The notes: generated by a model from the sequence alone, not told the origin. A stretch of 63,788 nucleotides of DNA, filler included, from Octopus bimaculoides (GCF_001194135.2; 7 parts of 5 records of this genome joined end to end with filler, not necessarily neighbours in it), one strand, 5' to 3'; positions 13,702-27,422 are shown, counted from the whole stretch's first letter. Program-made: numbers and translations.

Positions 13702-14517
13702 GTATATATATATATNNNNNNNNNNNNNNNNNNNNNNNNNNNNNNNNNNNNNNNNNNNNNNNNNNNNNNNNNNNNNNNNNNNNNNNNNNNNNNNNNNNNN
13801 NNNNNNNNNNNNNNNNNNNNNNNNNNNNNNNNNNNNNNNNNNNNNNNNNNNNNNNNNNNNNNNNNNNNNNNNNNNNNNNNNNNNNNNNNNNNNNNNNNNN
13901 NNNNNNNNNNNNNNNNNNNNNNNNNNNNNNNNNNNNNNNNNNNNNNNNNNNNNNNNNNNNNNNNNNNNNNNNNNNNNNNNNNNNNNNNNNNNNNNNNNNN
14001 NNNNNNNNNNNNNNNNNNNNNNNNNNNNNNNNNNNNNNNNNNNNNNNNNNNNNNNNNNNNNNNNNNNNNNNNNNNNNNNNNNNNNNNNNNNNNNNNNNNN
14101 NNNNNNNNNNNNNNNNNNNNNNNNNNNNNNNNNNNNNNNNNNNNNNNNNNNNNNNNNNNNNNNNNNNNNNNNNNNNNNNNNNNNNNNNNNNNNNNNNNNN
14201 NNNNNNNNNNNNNNNNNNNNNNNNNNNNNNNNNNNNNNNNNNNNNNNNNNNNNNNNNNNNNNNNNNNNNNNNNNNNNNNNNNNNNNNNNNNNNNNNNNNN
14301 NNNNNNNNNNNNNNNNNNNNNNNNNNNNNNNNNNNNNNNNNNNNNNNNNNNNNNNNNNNNNNNNNNNNNNNNNNNNNNNNNNNNNNNNNNNNNNNNNNNN
14401 NNNNNNNNNNNNNNNNNNNNNNNNNNNNNNNNNNNNNNNNNNNNNNNNNNNNNNNNNNNNNNNNNNNNNNNNNNNNNNNNNNNNNNNNNNNNNNNNNNNN
14501 NNNNNNNNNNNNNNNNN

Positions 14518-14568
<51 letters not shown>

Positions 14569-14934
14569 TATGTATATATCTGTATATTATAATGAAGGAA
14601 ATATAACAAAGTTAACAATCAAATATGTATTCTTTATTCCACCATAAGACCTTGGGAAAGGTTCTTGAAATAAATATTAACAAGGTTGTCAGCGAAAATA
14701 AAATTTAGTTAGAAACTGTTGAAGCTGTCATGTCCGACACATCCTCCTACATTATATATGCCTGCTGAGGCTTCCCTATAAAATAAGATTAGAAGACACT
14801 CAGAAGGATCATTTCACAAGTGAAATGGTTTGTTTACATTTTACGAAGATCATTCGCTCTAATATTTCGGTTTCAATGTGTGCGCGTACATTTACGGTAT
14901 ACAGTGTTTGTTATCAGTTCACTGATAATTTTAA

Positions 14935-15221
14935 CTGAACCTAATGAGAAATTTACTCAATGGCATCCGGATCTTAGTGCTGTCCATCAAGGCTTTTTTC
15001 ATTCATCGAAAAATACTAAGGGATGTAAGAAAGGAGAGGAGGGCTTTATTCAGCGTATCATCCTGTGTCCCAGTGAAACAACCTTTCCCTTTAGTATGAG
15101 TAAACGACAGCTTCCTGTTATCCCAGCATTTGCAATGGCTATAAACAAACCACAAGGGCAGAGCTTCAATAATGTTGGCTTCATCCTGCTATCAGCCATG
15201 GACGATTTTATGTTGCATTGA
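14935..15221 (+). mobile_element. Helitron PIF1-helicase C-terminal relic
   Basis: FIQRIILCPSETTFPFSMSKRQLPVIPAFAMAINKPQGQSFNNVG matches the Helitron motif RRQFPV.PAFAMTINKSQGQS. Confidence 0.85.
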
Positions 15222-16339
15222 GTAGAAGTAGAAGCAGTAATAATATTAAAATGTTAGTAAAGGACCATCCAAAACAAGGTGAACTCATTGGTGGTAGGGT
15301 TTTCATTAGGAACGTATTATTGAAGTAATTGCTAAGATAAAGGTTGTAATCTTAAATTTAATGTTATTTTCCGTATCGACTATTAAGATTTCTGAGAATT
15401 TACATCTCATTCTGCGGTGTGTATCACATACTTCGGTACTGAATTTTTTTTGTATTGATAAGGGGAGAACTTCCGAAGAGGTATACTTCTTGTATTTCCA
15501 AAGATATTAAAAAAAATCTAGGATTGGCATTGCAACTGAACATTAATTTGATGAGAATTTCCCCCCTTACTCTACTGTAGGGATCAACAGTCGTCTGCAG
15601 ATTCATTTCATCCCACCTGCCGACTTTATTGAACGTATGACATTACATATGAAAAATCTTTATTTTCTACGTCTATCTCTGATTTACCATCAAGAAAATT
15701 CAACATTAAAAAGTAGGGTAAAACTCTAATTAATATTTAGAGAATTAAATCAATGCTTTACACGAATTAAAAAAAAAAAGTGAGATTATTTCACATATCA
15801 AAAATTGAAAGTTTTCCCATGTGATATTTTCAGCAGTACATGTGTTCATTTTCTTATATAAATAAAGCTACAGAGATTAACAGCCTCTCATTATACTATA
15901 GCATTATACATTTACGTGCATAATCAATTATATGAAAGGAGAGAGTATCAAAATTATTCATGTCTCTTGAGAAAAGCAGACAAACGGGCAGGCACCGCCT
16001 TTAATACGAAGCCAACTTCGTCCCCAGCGTAAATGGAAATGATTTAACTCTTCATTGCCTGCGATGTCACATACGGCACTGAACGATTTTCGTTAACTGT
16101 GTAAGCAATTCCTTCATTACAAAGAGTGACTTTTAAAAAATTGAAAATACAGAACAATAAAGAATACCAACTTAAAACAGGCTTTTACGAGAGCCTTGTA
16201 TGATCATGGTTTATTTAACAATCGTTCGGCCAACATGACATAAAAATCATTTCCAATTTGGCTCCTGTTTTACTACTCCACTATTTTAGCAGCTGCAATT
16301 GTATATGGGAACTAGAAGTTATGTTGAATCCTCATCCAG

Positions 16340-16512
16340 GCGTGGCTGTGTGATACGAAGTTTGCGTTCCAACCACATGGTTCTAGGTTCCGTCCCACAG
16401 CGTGGCACCTTGGGCAAGTATCTTCTACTAAAGCCCCGGGCCGAACAAAGACTTGTGCGTGGATTTGGTACACAGAGACTGAAAGAAGCCCATTTTATGT
16501 ATACACATATAT

Positions 16513-16558
<46 letters not shown>

Positions 16559-16790
16559 CTTTGCTTGCGTTTGTATGTGTATCTTTGTGTCTGTGTTTGT
16601 CTCCCCAACCTGACAACCGGTGTGGGTTTGTTTACGTCCTCAAAATGTTGCGGTTCGGTAGAAAAAAGACCAATATAATGATTACCAGGCTTCAGAAAAT
16701 GTGCTAAGGTGGATTTGTTCGACTAAATACTTAAAGACAGCGTCCTGGCATGGCTGTGGTCTAATGAGTGAAACAAGTCGAAGATAAAAA
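16340..16790 (+). mobile_element. SINE family B, near full length
   Basis: GGCGTGGCTGTGTGATACGAAG...GGTTCCGTCCCAC..GGCACCTTGGGCAAGT (CORE-like), internal (GT)n, 3' tail ...GAAACAAGT. Confidence 0.85.
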
Positions 16791-16806
16791 ATCACCATCA
16801 TCATCA

Positions 16807-16847
<41 letters not shown>

Positions 16848-16876
16848 NNNNNNNNNNNAAATCACCATCATCATCA

Positions 16877-16984
<108 letters not shown>

Positions 16985-17350
16985 TCACCATCACCATCAA
17001 GAGGTCGCAAACAACATGCCTTTTAAGATCTGAGAGGAATTTCTTTCCCCAAATCAGTTATGGTAGGTCCTGAAATTTCCTTTTCATGTCTTTGTCAGTA
17101 ACGTCAATCTGTTCATTGAAAGCTTCTAAAAAAAAAAAAAAAAAAAAAACAAACAAACAAACAAAAAAAACACAAACAAACAAAAAAACGAACAACTTAA
17201 GCTTTCAGATCATAAGAATTTGAAGAGACATATGGAGGTGAGTATCGGCAAGGGTCAGTGTTGTAATAATAAGTAAACGTACTTTATTAGTGTGTCGTAT
17301 AAGTGTTCTACGTGAGACTGTAATCACAGAATGAGATAATAGGAAAATCG

Positions 17351-17600
17351 TGGCACTCCGTCGGTTACGACAACGAGTGTACCAGTTGATCCGATGAACG
17401 GAACAGCCTGTTCGTGAAATTAACGTGCAAGTGGCTGAGCACTCCACAGACACGTGTACCCTTAACGTAGTTCTCAGGGAGATTCAGCGTGACACAGAGT
17501 GTGACAAGGCTGGCCCTTTGAAATACAGGTACAACAGGAACAGGAAGAAAGAGTGAGAGAAAGTTGTGATAAAACAGTACAGCAGAGTTCGCCACAGCCA
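17351..17600 (-). mobile_element. SINE family C (long-tail form)
   Basis: Reverse complement of GTGTCACGCTGAATCTCCCTGAGAACTACGTTAAGGGTACACGTGTCTGTGGAGTGCTCAGCCACTTGCACG, shared with 45030-45295. Confidence 0.85.
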
Positions 17601-17647
17601 CCCTTCCGTGGAGCTTTTAGGTGTTTTCACTCAATAAACCATCACAA

Positions 17648-17831
17648 AGACGGCGAGCTGGCAGACACGTTAGCAGGCCGGGCGAAATGCTTATCTGTAT
17701 TTCGTCTGCCGTTACGTTCTGAGTTCAAATTCCGCCGAGGTCGACTTTGCCTTTCATCCTTTCGTGGTCGATTAAATAAATACCAGTTACGCACTGGGGT
17801 CGATGTAATCGACTTAATCCCTTTGTCTGTC
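17648..17831 (+). mobile_element. SINE family A, running into a gap
   Basis: GGCGAGCTGGCAGACACGTTAGC...GAGTTCAAATTCCGCC...CCTTTCATCC. Confidence 0.9.
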
Positions 17832-20149
17832 NNNNNNNNNNNNNNNNNNNNNNNNNNNNNNNNNNNNNNNNNNNNNNNNNNNNNNNNNNNNNNNNNNNNN
17901 NNNNNNNNNNNNNNNNNNNNNNNNNNNNNNNNNNNNNNNNNNNNNNNNNNNNNNNNNNNNNNNNNNNNNNNNNNNNNNNNNNNNNNNNNNNNNNNNNNNN
18001 NNNNNNNNNNNNNNNNNNNNNNNNNNNNNNNNNNNNNNNNNNNNNNNNNNNNNNNNNNNNNNNNNNNNNNNNNNNNNNNNNNNNNNNNNNNNNNNNNNNN
18101 NNNNNNNNNNNNNNNNNNNNNNNNNNNNNNNNNNNNNNNNNNNNNNNNNNNNNNNNNNNNNNNNNNNNNNNNNNNNNNNNNNNNNNNNNNNNNNNNNNNN
18201 NNNNNNNNNNNNNNNNNNNNNNNNNNNNNNNNNNNNNNNNNNNNNNNNNNNNNNNNNNNNNNNNNNNNNNNNNNNNNNNNNNNNNNNNNNNNNNNNNNNN
18301 NNNNNNNNNNNNNNNNNNNNNNNNNNNNNNNNNNNNNNNNNNNNNNNNNNNNNNNNNNNNNNNNNNNNNNNNNNNNNNNNNNNNNNNNNNNNNNNNNNNN
18401 NNNNNNNNNATAACTTTGGAGGTATATTCCTTCCTTTCCCATCTAGAATTTATCACATGATATTATTTAATAAAATGAAATTTTCCAGAGATATCAGAAA
18501 AATTGGGGGAAAAAGAAAATACCAGAGGTGAATTCGTTCGTCTGGCTGTTTCGTATGCTAGAGGCCTGGAAAATTTCATTTTATTAATAAAAAAAAATCA
18601 CCTAACAAATTATAGAAAAAAAAAAGGTGGAATAGTACTTTCAAAGTAGTTTAATTTTCCAACGTAATAAGGATGTATGAGGAAATAAAGTCGAGATGCG
18701 TGAAAAATAAGTCCTTCCCCAATTTTCCCCATTAAATTCTGTTCCGATATAATCGTAATCGACACCACCAGAAGTAAGTGTGTTTGTACGTGTATAAGCA
18801 TTCTACACAAGAGAAGTTTGATCCTAGAACCTTTATTCAACAGGTAAAATTTCAACGCTCTGGCGCACTGTCACTCAGTCTCAACGCAAGATTTCTAATA
18901 GAAATCTATGTATTTAAGGAAATAAATAGACAAATAATCGAAACACTCTCATTAACATAATCGTCTTATCCTGCCTGTTTCCGAATTTCATAAATAAATC
19001 ATGACTTATAAAACGAATCCTTATGCAAATATCTTCGTTTCTTTTTCTCTTATTTACTTGATAAATATATAAAGCATTTCGAATGAATAGTATTATATTC
19101 TATGATTCTTGTGACATTAAATACAAACTCCATGTTTAAGATTTCCCAGGACATTCTCAAGACGTTTCTCAGATGCTTATTTCTCTGACAGTTGAATTAA
19201 GATTGCTTCCATTGGGTGTACCACGTCAACACGCGTTTAGTTTGTTGAGGTTTTGACAAAAGATTAAATTTAACCAGAGACTGGCAACTATTCGTTTTGA
19301 TTGATGGCCGAACGAGTAATCCATCAGTGAGGCTGTAATATCTATACATGCTGGATATTTAATATTCTATCCTTCAGTTATAATGATCAATTATTATGTT
19401 GACACAAAGCAACAACAAGAACAAAAATAACAAAACATTGGTTATATCTACTCCAATAGTTGAGTATTTCCTATATCGACTTTGCGAGAATGAAAGGTAG
19501 GGGCAATACTGACGGGATTCGTAAAGAGCTGCAACCAAAATCCGTTCTAACGATATTAGCAATAATGATTTATTTGTCATAGGGGCGATGGATGAGTATC
19601 TGTGCGTGTGTGTGTATCTGTGTGAAGAGAAACAATATATATGGAATAAAATGTATTGTAAATATATTCTCTCCAAAGAGAGACAACCGCATTAGCAGAC
19701 GAAAATCGAAACTAGATCTGCAATAGTTTACAAATTTACCACTCGCATCCACTCATCTAACATTTAGCAAATTTCTTAGATGATCGAACTTTTCTTTTAA
19801 CCCTCACTGATAACTTCAAATTGAGGATTTTGTCGAGAAAGAGATGTTATGTCCTCAGACCTTTTAAAGGAGTTACCCACACAATACTTTATGTCGTAGC
19901 CACCAAACAGCGCAACATTGCTCGCCTTTATTTGCCAGAGGTTGGACGAGAAAGTGTTATTTGACCTATAGTTGATAACAGCCGTTCGACATGATTCCAT
20001 ATGTCAGTAATCTCCACACGTTGTACAAGTGTGTGGTAGACTGTTTCGTATTTCCCACGCGTCTCATACAGCTACATCTGAGGTACTGCCAAAGCTGTAT
20101 AAGCTTTGGCAGCAGCACATAAGAGTTAAGGACGTTTGAAAATGCAGTT

Positions 20150-20430
20150 ATAATTCTTCAGCTGAAAATCCTCCTGAAAGTGTGTTCTCATCCTCTCAAG
20201 CTATTCTCACTCATATCCACCAATATCCAGGATTTGAATGCAAATGCAGAATTTCCGCCGACTGCATTACCTATCTGGTTGGGTGCTGTGACGGTACATA
20301 TAACACTTCAGAGGCAGAACGTTCGCTTACTATCTAAGCTTGATCAAGGGCTGTTGCTCAGCAAAAGAGACGCACAGAGGAAAATCATGTCTAAAGAGAG
20401 CGGTGACACCTGTTCACCGTAAGAATTCTC
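20150..20430 (+). mobile_element. Probable hAT transposase C-terminal dimerisation-domain relic
   Basis: Across frameshifts: EFPPTAL...AVTV / TSEAERS / SKL..IK, resembling FP....I.LTIPVT.ASAERSFSKLKLIK. Confidence 0.5.
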
Positions 20431-21159
20431 TGTGATGTCATGTTCTTAGTGTATCACCGCTCTCGGCGTTGCAACACACCACCGGAATGTGAGTTAAGAG
20501 CATATGGAATTTATTACCACTACCTGTGTCTTTTAAAAGAAGCAAAAGTGGGAGTGGGGTACATTATTGGGGCCATTATTATTCATGCGTTGAAGATTAT
20601 ATCAAGCTACTTGACTGAAAAAAGAAAATTATGTACATCTCGGAACACATGCATAAATAGTTTCACGGGTTTCAAATTCTGTGTGAGGATGTCATAACAA
20701 AATAATTCTTACTGCTGTTATTTTCTGGAATGTGCTTACATGCAGCATCTTCATGAGTAATCTGTCAATGTTTCTACAGAAATGGCTGAGTAAGGAAATA
20801 CTAATACAAATTGGATGACAGGCATCTCCAATAATTTTTTTAAAATCATAACCGAGTTCGCTGTAATTACTTCGCATTTAAACTTGCCCTCTGCACAGTA
20901 TTATAGTGAGCTGGTATTAGTTTTGTCGATAATTAGTTGACTATTGTAATTTCTGTCGTGGAAAATTAGGTCTGGTTTAAGTGTTCTCTGCTGGTTTGAC
21001 TGTATGTCAAACTATTTTTGAAACAATTTTCTAAAAAGATATTAGTACTATAAAAAAGTTTCTTGAATGAGTTGATTATGTGTTTGCAGAATAGCTTGGC
21101 TCTGTTATAATGTCAGAGTTAGGCAAACCTATTCTGATAGAACGTTGTTGTTCATCCTT

Positions 21160-21455
21160 TTAGCCTCTTGTGGAGCCTAGGGCCGGTTTCCCGGTTTCCA
21201 TAGCGTATGTGTTCCTCCCCAGCTGGACGGGACACCAGTACATAGCAGCTTTACTCAAGAAACAGGAAGAAAGAGTGAGAGAAAGTTGGGGCGAAAGAGC
21301 ACACCAGGGGTCGCCCCCCCCTGCCGGAGCCTCGATGAGCTTAAGGTATTTTCGCCCAATAAACACACACAACGCCCGGTCTGGGAATCGAAACCGTGAT
21401 CCTCCGAAATAGCGAGTCCACTGCCCTAACCACTGGGCCATTGCGCCTCCACCTG
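21160..21455 (-). mobile_element. tRNA-derived SINE family C
   Basis: Head GGTGGAGGCGCAATGGCCCAGTGGTTAGGGCAG...GGTTTCGATTCCC; 3' CTATGGAAACCGGGAAACCGGCCC. Confidence 0.85.
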
Positions 21456-22836
21456 ATAGAACGTAGGGCATCGTTTTAGATGATACACAACCCAAGCGTT
21501 GTTTGTTGTAATAATTATGAATGTCCCTTTCAGAATATCTTTTATTTATAATCTATACCTATATAACATTGTTGCTTTTTGTTGCTTCAGAATATGGTTA
21601 TATATAAAATATCCAGTACAATTCTGGTTTCCTCTTGTGTTTATTTATCTGTAAGACATCCAGTTCGCGGAAGCATTGGCCACGTAGAAACATGAATCAC
21701 TGGTTGAACGACATGATTGGTGTTTGTACCAGCACAATGTCTGTTTCAAGGCGGTGATAAGTTTAGACTATGGACACTGAGAATCTAATCGACTTTCTCG
21801 TTGCAAATATAATCAATTAGTTGTATTCCTTAAAAACATTAACGACAAAGGTTCATAGAGGTGAGTGTTTGTCTGCTGTGTGGTGACATCGAGTGTTTGT
21901 ATGAAGAAAATATTTATGTGGACATAAGGTTTAGAGAATTTGCATGCAGAGAAATATAGAATGCGGAGCGTTAAAATGTGTTGAGTGTAAGCATATAAAA
22001 TATAATTGTAGAAAATAATGGCGTAAAGTGTTTTACTTGTGAAAAATTTGTAAAAGCAAACATAAATTCGGGGTTGGAAATATCTATGTGAAGAGTGAGA
22101 ATTTTTATCTAGGAATGTTTTCTGTAGAGACCTAGGTGTTTGAAAATGGTGTACAATTATAGTGTAGATAGTCTGTGCAGAGTTATACTTACAGTTTCGA
22201 ATAGAAAGGGCAATAAAAATCCTTATCAACTAAATATGTCTAATAAATCAAAACAATTTTCTCAATGTGTATTTCAAAGCGACAGTTTACTAATGGTAAG
22301 TTGTTTTTATAAAACGACGTCCCAGACAGGAAATCCTATTATAAATAAAATTGTTAATATTCTATTAAGTTAAAAAGCGTTTCCTTTCATTATTTAATCA
22401 GTATCCTACCATATGAGATTGGAATCGAATAATAATAAATATATTTCATACCCAGAATGCAAAATTATTTTTGTAACTTAGCCATACAGATATATACAGC
22501 ATATACGTACACATATACATTTAGAGCCGTTTATGTTATTTCCTTTTTTTATTTTTGTTCCAGAACATTTATGATAAAAGAGACAGGCATAATGTTTATA
22601 CGTACAAGTGTATACATACACACACATACATATATATTTATTTACATACATATATATGTATATATATATATACAAATATATATATATATATTTATATTTA
22701 TATACATACATATATATGCATATGTATATAAATATGNNNNNNNNNNNNNNNNNNNNNNNNNNNNNNNNNNNNNNNNNNNNTTAATTAATTAANNNNNNNN
22801 NNNNNNNNNNNNNNNNNNNNNNNNNNNNNNNNNNNN

Positions 22837-22901
<65 letters not shown>

Positions 22902-23401
22902 CACATTACACACACACAAACATACACACATACACACACACTCATGGATATATATGAGCCACATATCGTTTTTAATGTCACTGTAGCATATTTTTTTTGT
23001 CGCCATTTGACTCACTGCGGATTCCAGTAGCTCTCTTTACTGAATCTCTGAGTGAGAAAACCCAAGCACCAAATGGAATTAGGGGAAATTATAGAACATC
23101 ATATAATCTTTTATTTTAAAATGTAAGAACAGAGCTGAAAGAATTCGTATTTGTAGTCGTTTAGTCTAACGTGTGGGAGACATACAACTTTGAGAGAATT
23201 CTCTGATAGAATCTAAGTAAATAAAGAATTTTGAAATTTAAGGGAAGTTAGTATTTCTGCAGGAATCACACACAGAATTGTAGTAATTAATATAATTGGA
23301 ATTGTCTATTCTCAATACACTCTGTATCAAAATAGGCGTTGATGCTCATGAACATTATCGCGGTGGTCGTCGCCATCGTCTTCATTATCATCAACAGTCA
23401 A

Positions 23402-23429
<28 letters not shown>

Positions 23430-23432
<3 letters not shown>

Positions 23433-23990
23433 GCCCGGATGCAGTACCAGGCAGTGGCTCTCATGGCTTTTGATCTTAATTGATTGGAAGTGTTATCATG
23501 TACATTGTTTTGTCTTGGTATAAAAGATGGGCTACAGTAAATATTCCGCTTAATACCACCGATTTGGTTGTCAGTTGTTTGACCTTAACCAGTTGAGCAT
23601 GACCCTTGGTGGCTGACAATATGTGCATCTCTGATCATGAGCAGAAGTGGGCGGGGAGCATCATAGCCATGTATTGAGAGGAATTCTTTGGGGTTTGAAT
23701 AATTCACCTTTGGAAACATGGGTGTTTTGCTCAACATCCTTAAACAAACCTTATTCAGGGACCTTTTGAGCGGAACGGGCTACTCGACCTGAAGAAAATT
23801 CTAACTGGGCCCTAACTGCGAGGTCATGCGCTGTTTATCTTCATATGAGATCACCATGTCGCGTACATATGGTTGTGATGCATGTGTCTGATGTATCCTT
23901 ATCAGACGGGTAGTCATGATGGGTACACTGGGCTTCGAATATTTTACCCCAGTGTCACATTGATGGCATGCACTGCTCTCTCACTCAATA
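23430..23990. mobile_element. ~560-bp non-coding interspersed element bounded on both sides by (TAA)n
   Basis: Sharp boundaries at TAA arrays (23404-23430 and ~23990-24030), GC content above the flanks, internal hairpins, no long ORF. Confidence 0.6.
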
Positions 23991-23998
23991 ATATTAAT

Positions 23999-24030
<32 letters not shown>

Positions 24031-24033
<3 letters not shown>

Positions 24034-24432
24034 AAAAATGCTTTCTAATTAATGTATCAATACCAGCAATGACAATGTTTCCCTAAAAGAAATAAAAAAA
24101 AACTTTCAAAATACAAAGACCTGGAAATAGAGGTAACTCGAATGTGGAATCTAAAAACAGAAACAATTCCTATCATAGTAGGTGCCTTAGGTATAATAAA
24201 AAAAATATTCAGACAAATACATAACAAAAACACCAGGACTTACAAATATATATAACATAGAGAAAATTGCACTACTGGGCACAGCACACATCCTACGCAA
24301 ACCTCTTTCAATACAGTAACCATAAGAGCATCACAGCAAACCACAGCACATACCCAAGGCGCACAGAGCTGCGCTCGGTAGTGAAGTGAAAGCACGCTAT
24401 AAAAATAAAACTACTGAACAATAATAATAATA
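24031..24432 (+). mobile_element. R4/Dong-like RLE LINE, 5'-truncated, in (TAA)n
   Basis: KLSKYKDLEIEVTRMWNLKTETIPIIVGALG...KIALLGTAHILRKPLSIQ*, ~120-bp 3'UTR, then (TAA)n. Confidence 0.9.
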
Positions 24433-24469
24433 ATCTTTGATTGAAGTTTTAAGGGAGAGAGGTTAGTCG

Positions 24470-24615
24470 TTTTCATTGACTCGCGTATTCAGTTATTACT
24501 TATTTTATCCACCCTGAAGGAATGAAAGGTGAAGTCGACCATGGCAGAATTTGAACTTAGAGCGCAAAAGCAGGCGAAATGCCACTGAACAGTTTGCCTG
24601 GCGTGTTAATGATTC
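24470..24615 (-). mobile_element. SINE family A, degenerate
   Basis: Reverse complement of the family A head and central domain. Confidence 0.7.
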
Positions 24616-25413
24616 CACCATCTCGATCATAATCTATTTCTGTCTCCTCCTTCTCCACCTCCTCCTCGTCATTATCATCATCAGCATCATCATGAATCGT
24701 GGCAGCTAACATCGTCACTGAGATCGTGATCGTCATCATCATAAACTTCAGAGCCGTAGTAGTCATTGCCTTCGTCATTAACATCATCAACCCTCCTCCT
24801 CCTCCTCCTCCTCNNNNNNNNNNNNNNNNNNNNNNNNNNNNNNNNNNNNNNNNNNNNNNNNNNNNNNNNNNNNNNNNNNNNNNNNNNNNNNNNNNNNNNN
24901 NNNNNNNNNNNNNNNNNNNNNNNNNNNNNNNNNNNNNNNNNNNNNNNNNNNNNNNNNNNNNNNNNNNNNNNNNNNNNNNNNNNNNNNNNNNNNNNNNNNN
25001 NNNNNNNNNNNNNNNNNNNNNNNNNNNNNNNNNNNNNNNNNNNNNNNNNNNNNNNNNNNNNNNNNNNNNNNNNNNNNNNNNNNNNNNNNNNNNNNNNNNN
25101 NNNNNNNNNNNNNNNNNNNNNNNNNNNNNNNNNNNNNNNNNNNNNNNNNNNNNNNNNNNNNNNNNNNNNNNNNNNNNNNNNNNNNNNNNNNNNNNNNNNN
25201 NNNNNNNNNNNNNNNNNNNNNNNNNNNNNNNNNNNNNNNNNNNNNNNNNNNNNNNNNNNNNNNNNNNNNNNNNNNNNNNNNNNNNNNNNNNNNNNNNNNN
25301 NNNNNNNNNNNNNNNNNNNNNNNNNNNNNNNNNNNNNNNNNNNNNNNNNNNNNNNNNNNNNNNNNNNNNNNNNNNNNNNNNNNNNNNNNNNNNNNNNNNN
25401 NNNNNNNNNNNNN

Positions 25414-25686
25414 GGAATCTAAAAACAGAAACAATTCCTATCATAGTAGGCGCCTTAGGTATAATAAAAAAATATTCAGACAAATACATAACAAAAACAC
25501 CAGGACTTACAAATATATATAACATAGAGAAAATTGCACTACTGGGCACTGCACACATCCTACGCAAACCACTTTCAATACAGTAACCATAAGAGCATCA
25601 CAGCAAACCACAGCACATACCCAAGGCGCACAGAGCTGCGCTCGGTAGTGAAGTGAGAGCACGTTATAAAAATAAAACTACTGAAC

Positions 25687-25745
<59 letters not shown>
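25414..25745 (+). mobile_element. Second, near-identical R4/Dong-like 3' end
   Basis: NLKTETIPIIVGALGIIKKYSDKYITKTPGLTNIYNIEKIALLGTAHILRKPLSIQ*, same 3'UTR, (TAA)n tail. Confidence 0.9.
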
Positions 25746-25751
<6 letters not shown>

Positions 25752-25982
25752 TAATAATTATAGTCACTCCGGTCGATTTCGACGTATTAGTGTTTGAAGG
25801 AAAGGATTTAAAAACGATTAGGGATTTAAAAGAAAAGAAGCTGCATCTAATTGCGATGGATGCATGAATGTAATTTGAGTCCAGGTTTGGATTTTGATCT
25901 AAAGTCACAATGAGGACACTGATGATTTGGATTTTGCCTGGGATTGGGAAAATGGGACTGTTGACTGCAGGATATAATTCTT

Positions 25983-26345
25983 TTATTGTTCTGTTCCCTC
26001 AACTCGACACATTTTACGCCACTCAGATCGATCTAAGCAACAACTTTCCCAAGACTTTAAATTAAGTAGTAGGGATTTTAGTGATTGTTTCAACTTATCT
26101 TTATTCCAAAAGACTGGTCTTCCTTTACCGTGGTGTCCCTCTACATGCTGGCCATACAAAAGAATTTTCGGAATGAGAGCATCTTGCATTAAAACGGCAT
26201 GTCCTGCTGCTCTGCACTGAATTCTCAGCAATACGCTTTCGATAGTGGAGATAGAATATTTATCTAAAATCTTGATTCTTGATGTTTTATCTTGCCATGT
26301 TATGTTGCAGACATTGCGCATGTGAAAGGTTTCTGTCAAGTTTCT
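25983..26345 (-). mobile_element. RTE (BovB-like) LINE C-terminal relic
   Basis: FHMR...NITWQDK...ESVLLRIQ.R.AGHAVLMQDALIPKILLYGQ.VEG..GKGRP...KDKLKQSLK...WESCCLDRSEWR. Confidence 0.85.
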
Positions 26346-26632
26346 TTATATGTCAGTAGTAGGGAGTCCATGCTTCTCACCCCGTACAAAACTGTGCTCA
26401 AAATACAGGATTTATATAAACTTATTTTAGTTTTCAAATTGACAATAACAATAGTTATTGTCTTCTTCTTCTTCTTCTTCTTCTTCTTCTTCTTCTTCTT
26501 CTTCTTCTTCTTCTTCTTCTTCTTCTTCTTCTNNNNNNNNNNNNNNNNNNNNNNNNNNNNNNNNNNNNNNNNNNNNTTAATTAATTAANNNNNNNNNNNN
26601 NNNNNNNNNNNNNNNNNNNNNNNNNNNNNNNN

Positions 26633-26704
<72 letters not shown>

Positions 26705-27224
26705 TAATAAATTTTCCATCGTTTTTGCGCGGAGATACAGTTCGTCATTGTTCCATTAAATTCACTAACTGCAATTAGCATTAAGATAAACTTAGCTTCG
26801 ATCTTTTGATAGTACGAAAATAAAAATTGAATTTATCAAATTTATCAAACTTGTGACATATTGGTTGTTTACACAAACACGCACGCACAAACATAAAGCA
26901 CATACACACACGCATAAACTATGTTTGTCCTCTGAGGCAAATAACTTCAAATTAAATTGAAAAAGAATTCATAATTTTAAGACATTATAGTGTCGAAGAT
27001 ATATATATTACATTTTTAAATGCTTGATAGTGGTTTAGCGTTCGTTCTACAACTTTTCAGTTTCTTAGGTTAGCGTTGTGTTGGTATTGTAATGTAATGC
27101 AATGAATGTGAATATCTTAAAATAGTAATATTGTTTAATTCAATAGTGTCATCATTTATTATATCATAGACGAATAAATCACGAGTGTGAGAGCTTAAGG
27201 AGATTTTCTAATATTTCTATGCTG

Positions 27225-27422
27225 TAGGCGGCGAGATGGCAAAATAGTTAGCTCGCCTGGTAACACACTTAACGGCATTACGTCCGGCTTTATGTTCTGA
27301 GTTCAAATTTCGCGGCGGTTGACTTTACAAATCATCCTTTCTGTGTCGATAAAATAAATACCATATGAGCACTGAGAGTCTTTACTTCCTCCTCTGGAAT
27401 TAATGGCCTTGTTCCATTTGAA
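27225..27422 (+). mobile_element. SINE family A, degenerate
   Basis: GGCGGCGAGATGGCAAAATAGTTAGC...GAGTTCAAATTTCGC...ATCCTTTCTGTGTCGATAAAATAA. Confidence 0.75.

Noticed and set aside
15221-15420. Helitron 3' hairpin/CTAG terminus
   Set aside because: Searched for downstream of the helicase relic but not found, so element boundaries are not called
19797-20000. 67-aa minus-strand ORF that looks protein-like
   Set aside because: Lies antisense and adjacent to the probable hAT relic; no recognisable motif or convincing splice context
21380-21455. tRNA-like sequences at SINE heads (also 11090-11160, 17648-17740)
   Set aside because: A and B boxes are present but there is no complete cloverleaf, and they continue into SINE bodies; not called as tRNA genes
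22781-22792. TTAATTAATTAA between N runs (also ~26577, 36215, 47601, 59972, 61949)
   Set aside because: An identical 12-mer always embedded in Ns, with stops in all six frames; this is a scaffolding linker, not biology
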